From the NCBI GenBank assembly GCA_030704615.1, contig CM060732.1:79422001-79486000 (forward strand): a stretch of DNA of 64,000 bases. Reading direction: 5' to 3'. Under the pieces are notes generated by a model. It did no database searches and was not told the DNA's origin. It saw only the letters and a list, made by a program, of their open reading frames with translations. The first letter of the stretch is position 1. Every line of letters begins with the position of its first letter. A program made the translations under genes and the position numbers. Source of the stretch: Takakia lepidozioides. Its lineage: Eukaryota; Plantae; Bryophyta. Shown piece by piece: positions 60,536 to 64,000 of the stretch.

Positions 60536-63500
60536 TGTCGAGTTATTTTACCACTAGTGTGAAACTAGCTAGGAAATAGCTAGCTTTTACATATTGACAT
60601 TTGGGATTGGCCCAAGTGTCAATCCAGGGGTCAAGACAGATTTAGGCCCTGGAGTGGTTATCTTCACGGCAAGCGCGGGAGACTCATCTTTCTCGAGTTG
60701 AGCCTCACCGCGCCTAGCTATGGCGCCGTAGTATGGATTCCCCATGGCGTGGGGTGCACTTGGCTTGACTTGTATTTGAGTGATGTGGTTATATATGCAT
60801 GAGTTTATGCTTCAGCTTTGTGAGCTCGCATGAGCTTGTGCTTGTATTCTTCTTCTTTATCACTCGAGAAAGATCAGCTCGAGTCTGTGAGTGCCAGGTT
60901 CGAGTTGCTTTGTAGCACTTGTGTTTTCATGAGAAGCGGTTCAGCCTAGAGTGCAGGGATCCGTGCATGAGCCTATCCAAAGTGGATAGAGTGCAAAGGC
61001 GAACAGGTTGCAGGTTTGCAATGGATAGAGAGGCGGGTAGCCTATGTTGAAGAGCGGCGTTGCATAGCTCAACGCTATGGCAACCAAGTTTGGGCTTTCT
61101 AGTGTGAAGCGGGGGAGATGCTGGTCTCGAGTGGGTGAACTGGTGGTCGTCTTCTTCAGCTACAGGCCAAGTTAAGGAGCTGCAGCAATGTGGAGCTGCG
61201 AGGGTGTTAAATGTAAGTCACAGTTATCGGGAGCTCCAACTTCAAGCTCATAAAGAGGTATGAGTGAAAAGAGATGGCTGATTTCTCTTGTATGCAAGCC
61301 AATGCATTTGTGGCTATGTTGAGTTGGGGGTTCAATCTGAAACTCCAGCGGTATGAGGGCTCTTGCCATGGCAAGAGCGGGGCTGGAACAGCAGTTAAGA
61401 GGTGCGGCAAGGCCATGGAATGTGCACCTAGGGTTTCAAAGCTTGGAAGAAAAGTTGTTGCACCACAAGAGGAGTGTCTTGTGGCTGGAAATATAAGCCT
61501 TAGGGTTTTAGGAGCTTGGCAAGGGCTGTGGAGTGCTTAGTCTTGTCTTAGAGAGCATCAAGGAGCCAAGGAGCCAAGATAGGGGGCTGATATCTCTTGT
61601 GTGAAGAGGTTGCATGTGTGGAGCATGTATTCAGCTCATTGAAGCTCCATCTTCAAGCTTGGAGGGCAAGCAAGGAAGAGGGAAGGGCTGACTTCCCTTA
61701 TGTGAGGGCAATGCATGTGTGGAGCATGCTATCAGCCTGGTGAAGGCTTGCACTTTCAGGTGTGGGAGTGCAAGAAAGGAAGGAAGGGGCTGGTTTCCCT
61801 GTAGGGCATGTGGAGCATGCTTTCAGCCTGCTGAAGCTTGTATTTTCAGGTTTGTGGGTGCAAGAAATGAAGCAAAAGAGCTGATTCTCTTATGGTGAGA
61901 GTGGGGCATGTGTGGAGCATGCCTTCAGCCCATTGAGGCTCTTGTTTTCAAGCCTTAGAGAGCTAGAACGGAAGGTCTAGGGCTGGTTTCCACTTGGAGT
62001 GAAAGAAAAGCACTTGTAGGGCCTATGTGAGTTGGGGTTTCAACTTCAAGCTTGAAGGGAGCGCAACTCTTGAAGCAGCAGGTGTAGGGGGCTGGAATAG
62101 GCTCTAAGACAGATGCTATTGTCAAGGAGAGTGCTTGAATGAGTGCTCACAAGGGCTGGGAACCAGCAGGGCTTGGTTTTTGCCATTGAGTTTAGTGGCG
62201 TGTTGGGGGAGGCTAAGTGAGAAAGAAGGCTTGGTTTGTGGCAACTACCTCATGGCTTAGGGCTACTATGGTGGTGTGTGGGAGCCGAAAGAGCAATAAT
62301 ACCTTGCTGATTTCCTCACAGTCGCCATAGCTCGGTGGAAAGAAGCCTAGAGTCCAAGAGACACAAACCCTAGCTTGGCGTGGCTAAACCCCTTGGAGAA
62401 ATGGCTAAACTGCTAGAGCGGCCATGGATGGGGCTGTGACGGGCTGTGCCGGTGGCCTTCGGGGCTGTGCCGGGCTGCGTCGGTGGCCTTCAGGGCTATG
62501 ATGGGCTGTGTCGGGCTGCGCCGGTGGCTTTTGGGGCTGTGACGGGCTGTGAGGGCCTGTGACGGGCTGTGCCGGTGGCCTTGGGGCTGTGATGGGCTGT
62601 GGAGGGGCTGTGCCGGTGGCCTTTGGAGCTGTGACGGGCTGTGAGGGGCTGTGACAGGCTGTGCCCACTCGCCTGTGGGGCTGTGAGGGGCTGTGACAGG
62701 CTGTGCCCTGTGCCCTGTGGGGCTGTGACGGGCTGTGTCAGGCTGTGGCGAGCTGTGACGGGCTGTGAGGGGCTGTGACAGGCTGTGCCCAGTGGCCTTT
62801 GGGGATGTGACGGGCTGTGCGGGGCTGTGACAGGCTATGCCCTGTGGCCTGTGGGGCTGTGACGGGCTGTGACAGGCTGTGATGGGCTGTGATGGGCTGT
62901 GACAGGCTGTGACAGGCTGTGCCCTGTGGCCTGTGGGGCTGTGACGGGCTGTGACAGGCTGTGGCAAGCTGTGACGGGCTGTGAGGGGCTTGACAGGCTG
63001 TGCCCTGTGGGGCTGTGACGGGCTGTGAGGGGCTATGACAGGCTGTGGCCTGTGGCCTGTGGGGCTGTGACGGGCTGTGAGGGGCTGTGACAGGCTGTGC
63101 CCAGTGGCTTGTGGGGCTGTGACGGGCTGTGAGGGGCTGTGGCCTTTGGGGCTGTGACCCCTGTGACCTGTGTCGGGCTGTGACAGGCTGTGCCCTGTGG
63201 CCTATGGGGCTGTGAGGGGCTATGATAGGCTGTGGCCTTTGCGGCTGTGACCCTGTGACCTTTGTAGGGCTGTGACAGGCTGTGCCTATGGCCTTTGGGG
63301 TTGTGATGGGGTGTGACAGGCTGTGACATGTGGCCCTTGGGGCTGTGACCTGTGTAGGACTGTGACAGGCTGTGGCCTATGAGCTGTGTGGGCTTGTGCT
63401 GGTCTGTGGTGGCCCGTGTTGACCTGTGGACGGCCTGTGCTGACTCGTGGAGGCACTGGTGGACTGCCTAAGGACTGGTATGTGGTCTTGAAGGCCGAAT

Positions 63501-64000
63501 TTTGAAGCTCGTGGAGGGCGGTTTGAGGAGTATCTTCATGATATTCCCATGGTCATGCAAGTGAGGGAAGAGAGGAAGGAAGAGTGTTGGGATGAGGGCA
63601 TGCTGGGGTTAGGCATTGCTTTAGCTTCTCTTCCTCGTAGTTTCCACCCTCTCATTAGGCCAAGACCTTTCTGTAGGTGGAGACAAGAGTCAGTCCGGGT
63701 TTGGGCTGGGGTGTCCTTGCAGGAGCAACACCGTGGAGTTGTTTTTGGTGTGGGGGAGTTGTCGTTCTGATTTCTTGTGTTTGGATCCCCTCCATACCTG
63801 CATGCTTGACTGTGCGCCATGCTAGTTTTGTGTGGGCGCTTGTTTTTATAGGTGATTGGTCCGGATTAGATCACCGGCCAGTCCTAGAGCATGCAGTCGA
63901 TGGTGAGACTGGGGTGATGACCAGCCAGACCATCATTGTTTCTCCTGTGATGAGATTGGAGGTGATGACCAGCCAACCATAGGAGTGCTTGTGGTGGATG
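60536..64000 (+). mobile_element. Non-coding LTR-like insertion starting TGTCGAG inside the Gypsy RNase H region; runs off the window
   Basis: RNase H codons stop abruptly at 60535; TG start; second partial copy at 57974-58251. Confidence 0.5.
62428..63375. repeat. G-rich minisatellite, ~10-bp unit GGCTGTGAC(G/A)
   Basis: Dozens of ggctgtgac/ggctgtgcc variants. Confidence 0.95.

Noticed and set aside
62405-63329. Pro/Ser/His-rich ORFs
   Set aside because: Minisatellite translations

Overview
Eukaryotic, intron-rich land-plant genomic DNA; the highly repetitive PLS-DYW genes suggest a non-seed plant, but this is inference. On the left is the 5' part of a mitochondrial-type Lon protease gene (minus strand, 14 exons visible), head-to-head with an intact intronless PLS-E-DYW PPR RNA-editing factor (11446-14082). 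An inverted paralog of this PPR gene (55409->24540) is pseudogenised and split by two large DNA transposons inserted about 100 bp apart. The first is a 15.3-kb Mutator-like element (25574-40861, 9-bp TSD) and is the most novel feature. It carries a GCM-like/MULE-DDE/SWIM transposase and a divergently transcribed multi-exon gene fusing a ParB/Srx-like domain to a prokaryote-type beta-class N4C/N6A DNA-methyltransferase-like domain. It also carries a head-to-head pair of unknown paralogs and about 45 copies of a 22-bp palindrome, about 30 of them phased at 53 bp. The second is a 12.6-kb CACTA element (40964-53602) with TnpD, a divergent TnpA-like gene containing an FCP1/NIF phosphatase-like domain, and captured PPR and RPS3a fragments. 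The right end is a fragmented chromodomain Ty3/Gypsy element interrupted by a P450 gene fragment and by a further LTR-like insertion containing a minisatellite. All calls are by motif reading only; no searches were run.
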